The notes below the pieces were generated by a model. The model did no database searches, was not told the origin of the DNA, and was given only the letters and a program-made list of their open reading frames with translations. Below are positions 9,852 through 19,055 of a stretch of DNA of 64,000 bases, piece by piece (the first letter of the stretch is position 1; the number at the start of each line of letters is the position of its first letter). Origin of the DNA: Alphaproteobacteria bacterium (GTDB lineage Bacteria > Pseudomonadota > Alphaproteobacteria > UBA828); the NCBI GenBank assembly GCA_963667785.2, contig CAXXMU010000001.1, positions 512,001 through 576,000 of the forward strand, read 5' to 3'. The position numbers and the translations under genes were made by a program.

Positions 9852-10301
9852 ATGAGGCAGATCGGCTACGCCATGCAGTTCAGGGGGTCCGCCGGGCCGC
9901 AGGAGGGCAAGGAGAACGAGCTCTCGGCCAGGTCGGGCTCCACCACGAACGGGCTCTCGACCGCGCTGGGCGCGGACGGCCCCACCGTCTCCGTCGACGA
10001 CGCGCCGGCGGAGCGGGCGTCGTTCACGTCCAGCGTTCAGATCGCCGAGGACGGCAGCTTCACCGAGGACGGGACCATCGATTTCGGAGCGGCCGGCACG
10101 CTCGACTTCAGCACCATCGGGAGCGGATGGATGGGGCCGAGCGCAGTCGACGGGCTCACCCACGGCGCGATCAACTGGAGGATCGACGGCGGCACGGGGC
10201 CGCTCGCGGGCGCGAGCGGGATCATCACCTCCAACTTCACCGTCTCGGGCTCGGGCGATGTCGTCGACAACCAGTGGGGCGTCATCTTCGTTGCCGACTG
10301 A
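9852..10301 (+). CDS. Hypothetical beta-rich protein (possible dirigent/allene-oxide-cyclase-like barrel)
   Basis: 149 aa with a GGAGAG RBS and coding-like codon usage; contains WRIDGGTGPLAGASG. Confidence 0.65.
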   Translation: MRQIGYAMQFRGSAGPQEGKENELSARSGSTTNGLSTALGADGPTVSVDDAPAERASFTSSVQIAEDGSFTEDGTIDFGAAGTLDFSTIGSGWMGPSAVDGLTHGAINWRIDGGTGPLAGASGIITSNFTVSGSGDVVDNQWGVIFVAD

Positions 10302-10341
10302 CGCACGCAGAGGGCAACGCACCCCGGCGCGCGCGGATGGC

Positions 10342-11013
10342 GTGAGTCGCAGCCCCCGACCGAAGGACGCCGCCACGCTGGTGCTGGTGCGCGACGGCGC
10401 GAACGAGCCCGAGGTCCTGATGGGCCGCCGCCCCCGGCGCACGGTGTTCATGCCCGACCAGTACGTGTTTCCAGGCGGTGGCGTCGAGCCCTGCGATCGC
10501 TGGGTTCGGCCCGCGACGGAGCTCCGGCCAGCGGTGGCGGCGCGGCTCACCCGCGCCTGCACGCCGGGCCGCGCCCGCTCGCTCGCCGCCGCCGCCGTGC
10601 GCGAGACCTTCGAGGAGACGGGCCTCGCCCTCGGCCGGCCCGCGCCGGCGGTCAACGGACGGCTCCGGCCCGAATGGCGGGACTTCCACGCGACCGGCCT
10701 GGCGCCGGCGCTGGACAGGCTCGACTACATCTACCGCGCGGTCACGCCGCCGGGGCTGCCGCGGCGCTTCAACGCGCGCTTCTTCCTTGCCGATGCGGCG
10801 GATGCGGCGGGCACGCTCGGCGGCAACGGGGAGCTGCTCGATCTCCGTTGGGTGACGGTCACCGAGGCCATGGGCCTGCCGCTCCCCTACATCACCGCCG
10901 TCGTTCTCGAGGAGGTCGAGCACATGTACGCTTCACCGCCCGACCCCGATCGCGACCGTCCGGTGCCGGTCTGCATCCGCGTCGGTCCGGGCCACGTCCA
11001 CGCTCACGAGTAG
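10342..11013 (+). CDS. NUDIX hydrolase
   Basis: PKDAATLVLVR, VFPGGGVE, AAVRETFEETG Nudix box, RRFNARFF; GTG start inferred. Confidence 0.9.
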   Translation: MSRSPRPKDAATLVLVRDGANEPEVLMGRRPRRTVFMPDQYVFPGGGVEPCDRWVRPATELRPAVAARLTRACTPGRARSLAAAAVRETFEETGLALGRPAPAVNGRLRPEWRDFHATGLAPALDRLDYIYRAVTPPGLPRRFNARFFLADAADAAGTLGGNGELLDLRWVTVTEAMGLPLPYITAVVLEEVEHMYASPPDPDRDRPVPVCIRVGPGHVHAHE

Positions 11014-11184
11014 AGCGAGTCCGTCTATGACGGACTCGCGACAGGCCGCGACAGCGGCCCGCCGCGCATGCGGCGCCCTCGCGGAGGCGCCGGCCGTCGC
11101 GCCGGCAGGCGCGCGTCCCGCGCGACGGCCGGCTGCCGTGAGCGATAAAGAGCAAGGTGCCTCCCCGTACAACGGAGACACCTA
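11010..11184 (+). repeat. Copy C of the dispersed element, with flanking hairpins
   Basis: GTAGAGCGAGTCCGTC-tat-GACGGACTCGC, then the core, then an AGGTG...CACCT hairpin. Confidence 0.82.
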
Positions 11185-11200
11185 GGCCGCTGCGCGCGGG

Positions 11201-12214
11201 CTACTCCGCCGAGACCTTCACCAGCAACTTGCCGAAGTTGCGCCCGTCGAAAAGGCGCTGAAAGGCGACGGGCGCGTTCTCGAGGCCGTCCACGACGTCC
11301 TCCCGGAAGGCGATCCGTCCGTCCGCCAGCCAGCGGGCGAGCCGCCGGCGCGCGTGCTCGTAGTGGGCGCCGTAGGAGAAGATGTTGAAGCCCTTCACCT
11401 CGGTCTCGGTGAAGAGGATCGGGGCGAGGTGGCTCGCGACCCGGGGCGGCTCGGTCGCGTTGTAGTGGGAGATGCCGCCGCAGATCACCACGCGTGCGCC
11501 GTTGGCGAGCAGGGGATAGATCGCATCGCCAATGGGTCCGCCGACATTCTCGAAGTAGACGTCGATCCCGTCCGGGCAGGCCGCGCCAAGCGCTGCGGGC
11601 AGGTCGCCCTCGTGACGGTCGATGACCGCATCGAAGCCGAGTTCCTGGGTGAGGTAGCGGAGCTTCTCCGCACCGCCGGCGATGCCGACCACGCGGCAGC
11701 CCGCGATCTTCGCCACCTGGCCCGCGACCGCGCCGACCGCACCTGCCGCCGCCGAGATCACCACCGTGTCGCCCGGCGCCGGCCGGCCGACCTTGACCAG
11801 CCCGAGATAGGCGGTGAGCCCCGGCATGCCGAGCACGCCGACCGCCGTCGACAGCGGCCCCAGCGCCGGGTCGACCTTGCGCGCGGCCGCGCCTTGCGCG
11901 ATGGCGTAGTCCTGCCAGCCGGTGTAGTCGTCGACGATGTCGCCGGGCGCGAAGCCCGGGTGCCGGCTCTCCACGACGCGGCTGACGGCGCCGCCCACGA
12001 TCGCCTCGCCGAGCGGGATCGGCGGGTAGTAGCGGAGGTCCGTCCCCATCCTGAGCCGCATGTAGGGGTCGAGCGAGAGCCAGATCGTCCTGACCAGCAG
12101 CTCGCTGTCCGCCGGCGTCGGCACCGGCGCTTCGACGAGGCGGAAGTCAGTCTCCTGCGGTGCGCCCACCGGGCGCCGGGCGAGGACGATCTGGCGGTTG
12201 GTATCGGCTGTCAT
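11201..12214 (-). CDS. NADP-dependent oxidoreductase (CurA/prostaglandin reductase-like MDR)
   Basis: [55 protein letters not shown]. Confidence 0.93.
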   Translation of the reverse strand: MTADTNRQIVLARRPVGAPQETDFRLVEAPVPTPADSELLVRTIWLSLDPYMRLRMGTDLRYYPPIPLGEAIVGGAVSRVVESRHPGFAPGDIVDDYTGWQDYAIAQGAAARKVDPALGPLSTAVGVLGMPGLTAYLGLVKVGRPAPGDTVVISAAAGAVGAVAGQVAKIAGCRVVGIAGGAEKLRYLTQELGFDAVIDRHEGDLPAALGAACPDGIDVYFENVGGPIGDAIYPLLANGARVVICGGISHYNATEPPRVASHLAPILFTETEVKGFNIFSYGAHYEHARRRLARWLADGRIAFREDVVDGLENAPVAFQRLFDGRNFGKLLVKVSAE

Positions 12215-12351
12215 GGGCGCTGCTCCCCCTCTGCTCGCGGCGGAGTCTATGCGAGCGGCGGCCGGCGGCAAGTCGGGCGGCAAATTCGGCTGTCTTCGGC
12301 GCCGTGCGCCGACTACTCTGGCCCTCCTTGGCAAGAGGGAGGCGACGGCCG

Positions 12352-13047
12352 ATGAACCTCAACCCGACCGAGCGGGAGCGGCTTATCATCTTCCAGGCCG
12401 CCCAGCTCGCGCGCGAGCACCGGCGCCGCGGCATCAGGCTCAGCCACCCGGAGGCGCTCGCCTACATCTGCGACGAGCTCCTCATGGGCGCCCGCGAGGG
12501 CCGTGCGCTCAAGGACCTCATGGGCTACGGGGCGGAGATTCTCGACGCCGACGACGTGATGGCCGGCGTGCCCGAGCTCATGCCGGTGATCCATGTCGAG
12601 GCGATGTTCCCGGACGGCGCCAAGCTCATCACCGTCCATCAGCCGATCCGGCCCGGCAAGGAGCAGCGCTCGCCCGGCTTCCGCGCCGGCGAGATCATCA
12701 CGCCGGACGAGGAGATCGAGCTGAACGCCGGCCGCAGGACCGCGTCCGTCACCGTCACCAACACAGGCGACCGCCCGGTGCAGATCGGCAGCCACTTCCA
12801 CTTCTTCGAGATCAACCGGGCGCTCGAGTTCGATCGCGCGGCGACCTTCGGCATGCGCCTCGACATCCCGTCGGGCACGGCCGTCCGCTTCGAGCCGGGG
12901 CAGGAGAAGGAGGTGGCGCTGGTGGAGATCGGCGGCCGCGGCCGGGTCAGCGGCTTCAACAACCTCACCGAGGGCATGATCGATTCGCCCGCCGTGAAGG
13001 AGCAGGCGATCGGCCGCGCCAGGGCGCGCGGCTTCCGGGGAGCGTAG
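12352..13047 (+). CDS. ureAB: Urease gamma-beta fusion subunit
   Basis: Gamma part [11 protein letters not shown]...[17 protein letters not shown] fused to beta part [17 protein letters not shown]...VRFEPG. Confidence 0.93.
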   Translation: MNLNPTERERLIIFQAAQLAREHRRRGIRLSHPEALAYICDELLMGAREGRALKDLMGYGAEILDADDVMAGVPELMPVIHVEAMFPDGAKLITVHQPIRPGKEQRSPGFRAGEIITPDEEIELNAGRRTASVTVTNTGDRPVQIGSHFHFFEINRALEFDRAATFGMRLDIPSGTAVRFEPGQEKEVALVEIGGRGRVSGFNNLTEGMIDSPAVKEQAIGRARARGFRGA

Positions 13048-13051
13048 GCAG

Positions 13052-14761
13052 ATGGTGAAGATCCCGCGCGAGACCTATGCCCGCTACTACGGGCCGACCA
13101 AGGGCGACAGGATCAGGCTCGGCGACACCGCGCTGATCGGCGAGATCGAGCACGACCACACGTCATACGGCGACGAGTGCTGGACCGGCGCCGGCCGCGT
13201 GATGCGCGACGGCATGTCCTACGACGCCCATACGTCCGCGGCCGACGGCGCCATCGACATGCTGGTCGAGAATGCGACCGTCATCGACCCGGTGCTGGGG
13301 CTGGTGAAGGCCGATATCGGCATCAAGGACGGCAAGATCGCCGGCGTCGGCAAGGCCGGCAATCCCAACACCCAGGAGGGCGTGGACCCTGCTCTCGTCT
13401 GCGGCCCCAACACCACCTACTACCCGGCCGGCGGCCTGATCGTGACCCCCGGCGGCATCGACGTGCACGTGCACTGGATGTCGGCGGAGCAGTGCAACCA
13501 CGCGCTGGCGAGCGGGCTCACCACCATGATCGGCGGCACCATGGGGCCGCTCTTCGCCATCGATTGCGGCGGGCCCTGGAACACCTACCGGATGATCGAG
13601 GCCTCGGAGGCGTGGCCGCTCAATTTCGGCTTCTTCGGGCGCGGCTCGTCGCACGATCCGGCGACCGTCGCCGAGCACCTCGACGGCGCCATCATCGGCG
13701 TCAAGATCCACGAGGACTACGGCGCCATGCCCGCCACCATCGACGCCTGCCTGCAGGCGTCCGCCGAGCACGACTTCCCGGTGCAGATCCACACCGACAC
13801 GCTGAACGAATCCGGCTTCTACGAGGACACGATGGCGGCGATCGCCGGCCGCCCCATCCATATGTACCACACCGAAGGCTCCGGCGGCGGCCATGCGCCC
13901 GACATCATCCGCTGCAACGGCGAGCCCCACTGCCTGCCGTCGTCGACCAACCCGACCAACCCCTACACGGTCAACGTCTTCGACGAGCAGCTCGACATGA
14001 CCATGGCCTGCCACCTGCTGCGCTACGACCTGCCGGAGGACGTGGCGTTCGCCGAGAGCCGGGTGCGCCACGGCACCATCGCGGCCGAAGACGTGCTGCA
14101 CGACATCGGCGCGGTCTCGATGTTCGGCTCCGACAGCCAGGGCATGGGGCGGATCAACGAGGTCATCACCCGCTGCTGGCAGCTCGCGAGCAAGATGCGC
14201 GACCAGCGCGGCCGGCTGCCCGAGGAGACCACGGCCGACGCCGACAACGAGCGCATCAAGCGCTACATCGCGAAATACACCATCAACCCCGCCATCGCCT
14301 TCGGCATCGATCGCTACGTGGGCTCGCTGGAGCCGGGCAAGATGGCCGATCTCGTGACCTGGAAGCCCGCCTTCTTCGGCATCAAGCCCTTCGGCGTCAT
14401 CAAGGGCGGCTTCGTCGCCTGGGGCGCGAGCGGCGACCCCTCGGGCAGCTATTTCCAGACCGAGCCGGTCATCATGCGGCCCCAGTTCGGCCATCACGGC
14501 CGCGCGCCGCAGAGCTTGAGCGCCACCTTCGCCCACCAGCGCGCGCTCGATATCGACGTGCCCGGCCGCCTCGGCATCGCCAAGCCGATCCTGCCGATCG
14601 GGAGCTTCACCAGGCTCACCAAGAAGGACATGCTGCACAACGACGCCTGCCCCGATATCCGCGTCGATTCCCAGACCTTCGAGGTCTTCGTCGACGGCAC
14701 GCTCGCGGCCTGCGAGCCGATCGAGACGATCACCCTCGGCCAGAACTACCTGCTGCGCTGA
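13052..14761 (+). CDS. ureC: Urease alpha subunit (divergent, urease-like amidohydrolase)
   Basis: [70 protein letters not shown]. Confidence 0.92.
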   Translation: MVKIPRETYARYYGPTKGDRIRLGDTALIGEIEHDHTSYGDECWTGAGRVMRDGMSYDAHTSAADGAIDMLVENATVIDPVLGLVKADIGIKDGKIAGVGKAGNPNTQEGVDPALVCGPNTTYYPAGGLIVTPGGIDVHVHWMSAEQCNHALASGLTTMIGGTMGPLFAIDCGGPWNTYRMIEASEAWPLNFGFFGRGSSHDPATVAEHLDGAIIGVKIHEDYGAMPATIDACLQASAEHDFPVQIHTDTLNESGFYEDTMAAIAGRPIHMYHTEGSGGGHAPDIIRCNGEPHCLPSSTNPTNPYTVNVFDEQLDMTMACHLLRYDLPEDVAFAESRVRHGTIAAEDVLHDIGAVSMFGSDSQGMGRINEVITRCWQLASKMRDQRGRLPEETTADADNERIKRYIAKYTINPAIAFGIDRYVGSLEPGKMADLVTWKPAFFGIKPFGVIKGGFVAWGASGDPSGSYFQTEPVIMRPQFGHHGRAPQSLSATFAHQRALDIDVPGRLGIAKPILPIGSFTRLTKKDMLHNDACPDIRVDSQTFEVFVDGTLAACEPIETITLGQNYLLR

Positions 14762-14785
14762 GCCCGCCCCTTGGCTGCCGCCGCC

Positions 14786-15628
14786 ATGCCGCTCGCGCGG
14801 CCCAACGACGGGCCGCAGGCCGCGCTCCGCTTCGCCCGCGCGCCCGACGGGCAGAGCTACATCGCCCGCCAGCGCGTGGGCTACCCGTTCCACATCACCC
14901 GGCCATTCTATCTCGACGACGAGCCTGCCGGGGCGCTGACGCTCTACCTCCAGTCCGTCTCCGGCGGCATCTATCAGGGCGAAGACCTCCGCATGATCTG
15001 CACGGCGGATGCCGGCAGCAGCGCCCACGTGACCACCCAGGCGGCGACCATCGTCCACCGCATGCCCGCCGCGCCGGCACGGCAGACGGTCGCGCTGGAG
15101 GCCGCGGACGGCGCGCTGCTCGAGTATCTGCCGGACCCGCTGATCCTGTTCCCCGGCGCCCGGCTCTCCTCGGTGCTGGAGATCGATGCCGCGCCGGGCG
15201 CCACGGTCATCGCGTCGGAGAGCTTCGCCCACCACGACCCCGGCGGCGAGGAGCGGCGCTTCGACCGCTTCGAGGCGGAGATGCGCCTGAACGACGGGAA
15301 CGGCCGGCTGCTCGCGCTGGAGCGCTATGCCACGTCGGGCGAGCGGCTCGCGCCGGGCGCGGGCCAGGTCGCGCGCTGGCCTGCGCAGGGCAGCTTCGTC
15401 GTCGCCCATCGCGGCCTTTCGCGGGAGGCGATCCTGACCGCGCTACGCGACGCGCTTCCGCCCTCGGACGCGCTCTATGCCGGCGCCTCGGCGCTCCCCA
15501 ACGAAGCGGGTATCGGCGTGCGCCTGCTCGCCCGCGACGGGGCCGCGCTCAGGCGCGGGCTGGAGGCGGCCTGGCGCGCGGTCCGGCTCGTGCTCCACGG
15601 CGCCCCGCCGGCGCCGCGCCGTAAGTGA
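14786..15628 (+). CDS. ureD: Urease accessory protein UreD
   Basis: YPFHITRPF, SGGIYQGE, VTTQAATIVH, LEYLPDPLILF; directly follows ureC. Confidence 0.9.
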   Translation: MPLARPNDGPQAALRFARAPDGQSYIARQRVGYPFHITRPFYLDDEPAGALTLYLQSVSGGIYQGEDLRMICTADAGSSAHVTTQAATIVHRMPAAPARQTVALEAADGALLEYLPDPLILFPGARLSSVLEIDAAPGATVIASESFAHHDPGGEERRFDRFEAEMRLNDGNGRLLALERYATSGERLAPGAGQVARWPAQGSFVVAHRGLSREAILTALRDALPPSDALYAGASALPNEAGIGVRLLARDGAALRRGLEAAWRAVRLVLHGAPPAPRRK

Positions 15629-15641
15629 GCCATTCCCGCCG

Positions 15642-16025
15642 TTAGAGCACGCTGGCGATGTCGGTCCGCGCGAAGTCCTTCCCGACATAGAGCAGGGGGC
15701 AACCGCGCGCTCTCGCGACGTCGTACGCGAAGCAGTCTCCGAAGTTCAGCCCGGCCGGATCGACGCCCTTGCCCCATCGCGCATAGATTTGCGCGACCCG
15801 CCGCGCCACGGCCAGGGTTACCGTCTCCACGTCGAGGCCGAGGCCGTTGACGAGTCTGGCCATCTCGGTGCCGAGGCTCCGCCTCTCGGCGACGACGAGC
15901 GCTTCGGCGACCGTCGCGGCGGAAATGGCGATTCGGTCGCTGCCGGCCAGCGCCTCCGCGCAGGCCGCCGTCTGCTCTTCGTCCAGCAGGACCGCAATCA
16001 GGGCCGAGGTGTCGACCGCGATCAC
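15642..16025 (-). CDS. vapC: Type II TA toxin, VapC/PIN family
   Basis: VDTSALIAV, AGLNFGDCFAY, LLYVGKDFARTDI. Confidence 0.93.
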   Translation of the reverse strand: MIAVDTSALIAVLLDEEQTAACAEALAGSDRIAISAATVAEALVVAERRSLGTEMARLVNGLGLDVETVTLAVARRVAQIYARWGKGVDPAGLNFGDCFAYDVARARGCPLLYVGKDFARTDIASVL

Positions 16026-16279
16026 CTGGGCAGACCATCGTCGTCATAGAGAAAGTCCTGGCTGCGAGCCGCGCCGGGGCCGGCGCGCCGCTTATCTGCG
16101 GCGGCCGCCTGCACGGCAGCAATCAGCGCCCGCCGGGCTGCGGCATCGGGCCGGGGCTGCACCGGCTCCAGCCTGACGGTCTCCTTGCCGTGGCGGGTGA
16201 GCACCACCTCGTCGCCGGCTTCAGCCCGGCGGACGAGCTCGGTCAGTTGCCCCTTCGCGTCGCTCACGGAGATTCGCAT
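16022..16279 (-). CDS. Type II TA antitoxin, Phd/YefM family
   Basis: ISVSDAKGQLTELVRRAEAGDEVVLTRHGK; overlaps the toxin start by 4 bp. Confidence 0.92.
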   Translation of the reverse strand: MRISVSDAKGQLTELVRRAEAGDEVVLTRHGKETVRLEPVQPRPDAAARRALIAAVQAAAADKRRAGPGAARSQDFLYDDDGLPR

Positions 16280-16424
16280 CGGCCTGTATTCCTAGAGGCG
16301 TGACGGTGCTCCCTGAATATGGACCAATGAATAGTCTAAATCAAGGCCCGCGGCTGAGGCGCCGTCCGGCACACAATGTGGTGAGGCCCTTGATCGCTGC
16401 GCGCGGCCTGCCAAGGTTGGTGCC

Positions 16425-17129
16425 ATGCACGTGCTGCTCGTCGAAGACGATGGCGAGACCGCCCGCTACCTCGAGAAGGGCCTGAGCGAGAGCGGCCACG
16501 TGGTCGAGCTCGCCCGCGACGGGGCGGACGGGCTCGCTCTCGCGCTCGACAACAGGTTCGACGCGCTCGTGGTCGACCGCATGCTTCCCGGCCTCGACGG
16601 GCTCTCGCTGATCGAGACGCTGCGCCGCAAGGGCAGGCGCACGCCGGTGCTGATCCTCAGCGCGCTCGCCCAGGTGGACGACCGGGTGGAGGGGCTGAGG
16701 GCGGGCGGCGACGACTACCTGACCAAGCCCTTCGCCTTCTCCGAGCTGCTGGCGCGGCTCGAGGCGCTGATCCGCCGCGCGGACGGCGCAGGCGGCGAGA
16801 CCCGCCTCCGCCTCGCGGACCTGGAGATCAACCTGCTCACCCGCGAGGTGACGCGGGCGGGCCGCGAGATCGCCCTGCAGCCGCGCGAGTTCGCCCTGCT
16901 CGCCTACCTCGTGCGCCATGCGGGGCAGGTGGTGACGCGCACGATGCTGCTGGAGCGGGTCTGGGGCTATCACTTCGATCCGCAGACCAACGTGATCGAC
17001 GTCCATGTGAGCCGGCTGCGCGGCAAGATCGACAAGGGCTTCCGCGCGCCGCTGATCCAGACCGTGCGCGGCGTCGGCTACTGCCTGCGTGCGCCCGCGC
17101 GCGAGGACGCGGGACGTGCCGACGACTAG
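16425..17129 (+). CDS. OmpR-family response regulator
   Basis: LLVEDD, DRMLPGLDG, GGDDYLTKPF, winged helix TNVIDVHVSRLRGK, TVRGVGY. Confidence 0.95.
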   Translation: MHVLLVEDDGETARYLEKGLSESGHVVELARDGADGLALALDNRFDALVVDRMLPGLDGLSLIETLRRKGRRTPVLILSALAQVDDRVEGLRAGGDDYLTKPFAFSELLARLEALIRRADGAGGETRLRLADLEINLLTREVTRAGREIALQPREFALLAYLVRHAGQVVTRTMLLERVWGYHFDPQTNVIDVHVSRLRGKIDKGFRAPLIQTVRGVGYCLRAPAREDAGRADD

Positions 17130-18510
17130 GACGACAAGGCTCCTCCGGACCTCGACGTTCCGGCTCTCGCTCCTCTACGTCTGCCTCTTCGGCGCTTCCG
17201 TCCTGGTGCTGCTCGCGTTCATCTACTGGACCACGGTGCGGGTCATCGACGAGCAGACCGAGGCCACCATCGAGGCCGAGGTGCGCGGCCTCGCCGAGCA
17301 GTACCGGGCGCGGGGCATCCGCCAGCTCGTCGCCGTCATCGAGGAGCGGAGCGGTCCCTTCGGCGATTCGGACAGCATCTATCTCCTGGCCGACCCCGGG
17401 TTCCGGCCGCTCGCCGGCAACCTCAGCGCTTGGCCGCGCGAGGCAATCGGGACGGAGGACGGCTGGGTGGAGATCTCCGCCCGGCGCGCGAGCGGGGAGG
17501 AGGCGCGCGGCACGCTCCGCGCCCATACCTTCGTCCTGCCAGGCGACTTCCGCCTCCTTGTCGGCCGCGATCCCCGCGGCCGGGCCGACTTCGAGGACCT
17601 GATCCTCGAATCCCTCGGCGGCGCGCTCGGCATCACGCTGGTCCTCGGCCTGCTCGGCGGCCTCGTCATGAGCCGCCGGATGCTGCGCCGGGTCGACGCG
17701 GTGCGCGAGACCGGCCAGCGCATCGTGCGGGGCGATCTCTCGCGGCGCATGCCGGTCACCGGCGTCGGCGACGAGTTCGACCGCCTCTCGATCACGGTCA
17801 ACGAGATGCTCGACGAGATCGAGACCCTGATGACCGGATTGCGCACGGTGACCGATAGTGTCGCGCACGACCTGCGCAGCCCGCTCACCAGGCTCAAGTC
17901 GCGGCTGGAGCTCGCGCTCCGCGACGGCCCGGGGGAGGGACAGGGCCACCGTGCCGCGCTCGAGCGCGCGATCGCCGAGACCGACGGCATCCTGCGCACC
18001 TTCGCCACGCTGATGGAGATCGCCCGCGCCGAGTCCGGAAAGGCGGGCATCGCCATGGGGCCGCTCGACCTCCGCGCCACCGTCGCCGACGTGGTCGAGC
18101 TCTATGCCCCGCTCGCCGAGGAGAAGGGCCTCGCCATCGAGGCCGCGCTCGACGACGTGGGCGCGGTGACCGGCCACGGCCAGTTCCTCTCCCAGCTCGT
18201 CGCCAATCTGCTCGACAATGCGCTCGGCTACACGGCCGAGGGCCGAATCCGGGTCGGGCTGACGCGCGAGGTTTCCGGCGTCGTCCGCCTCACGGTGGAA
18301 GATTCCGGGCCCGGCATCCCGCCGGCGGAGCGCGAGCGCGTGCTGCAGCGCTTCGTCCGCCTCGATTCGAGCCGCAGCGGTGGCGGCAGCGGCCTCGGGC
18401 TCAGCCTCGTCGCCGGCGTGGCCTCGCTCCACCGCGCCGCCCTCGTGCTCGACGAGAGCCCGCTGGGAGGCCTGCTCGTCTGCGTGAGCTTCCCGCCGCC
18501 GGCCGAATGA
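17116..18510 (+). CDS. HAMP-domain sensor histidine kinase
   Basis: Two TM helices, H-box AHDLRSPL, N-box NLLDNA, DSGPG, GSGLGL; GTG start inferred. Confidence 0.93.
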   Translation: MPTTRTTRLLRTSTFRLSLLYVCLFGASVLVLLAFIYWTTVRVIDEQTEATIEAEVRGLAEQYRARGIRQLVAVIEERSGPFGDSDSIYLLADPGFRPLAGNLSAWPREAIGTEDGWVEISARRASGEEARGTLRAHTFVLPGDFRLLVGRDPRGRADFEDLILESLGGALGITLVLGLLGGLVMSRRMLRRVDAVRETGQRIVRGDLSRRMPVTGVGDEFDRLSITVNEMLDEIETLMTGLRTVTDSVAHDLRSPLTRLKSRLELALRDGPGEGQGHRAALERAIAETDGILRTFATLMEIARAESGKAGIAMGPLDLRATVADVVELYAPLAEEKGLAIEAALDDVGAVTGHGQFLSQLVANLLDNALGYTAEGRIRVGLTREVSGVVRLTVEDSGPGIPPAERERVLQRFVRLDSSRSGGGSGLGLSLVAGVASLHRAALVLDESPLGGLLVCVSFPPPAE

Positions 18511-18535
18511 GCCGGCCGCACGGGGCACTCGCTCG

Positions 18536-18910
18536 CTACCCGCTTTCGAACCGCTGGCGGAGCGCCTCGACGCGGCGTCTGTTCACGCCGGAGTCAGATA
18601 AGGCGTAGAAGGCGCGCGAGGCGGAGCGGACGTGGATGACCCCGTCCGCCGGCGAGAGCTGGCACTCCAGATCGTCGACGAAGCGGAACAGCCGCGTCCG
18701 GCACTCGGCGTGGAAGTAGTCGTCGGTCGCGGAGACGATCTCGGTCCGTTCCATCTCCGCCACCAGGCCCTTCAGCCGGGCGAAGGCCGCGGCGGGATCG
18801 CCTGAGAAGGCGAGGGGCGCGACGCGGTGACGGGGCGCCGCGTCGGCACGGCTGCAGACGCAGATGGGAAGGAACGGGCAGGGCGCGAGCTTGTCGGATA
18901 CTGCCGGCAT
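18536..18910 (-). CDS. DUF1499-domain protein
   Basis: LAPCP..P.CVCS, LFRFVDDLE, IHVRSASR, SDSGVNRRRVE; alternative start at 18946. Confidence 0.85.
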   Translation of the reverse strand: MPAVSDKLAPCPFLPICVCSRADAAPRHRVAPLAFSGDPAAAFARLKGLVAEMERTEIVSATDDYFHAECRTRLFRFVDDLECQLSPADGVIHVRSASRAFYALSDSGVNRRRVEALRQRFESG

Positions 18911-19055
18911 GGTCCCCACTCGTTGCGCTGAGGCGGACCGAAGCATGACAAAGAGTTAATCCGGCGTCCATCGTGACGACAGCTTGCCTTGCCATAGATG
19001 GCGTGCGGCCCGCCCGTGGCCGTGACGGCAAACGGCAACGGCAAGTGAGGAAACG

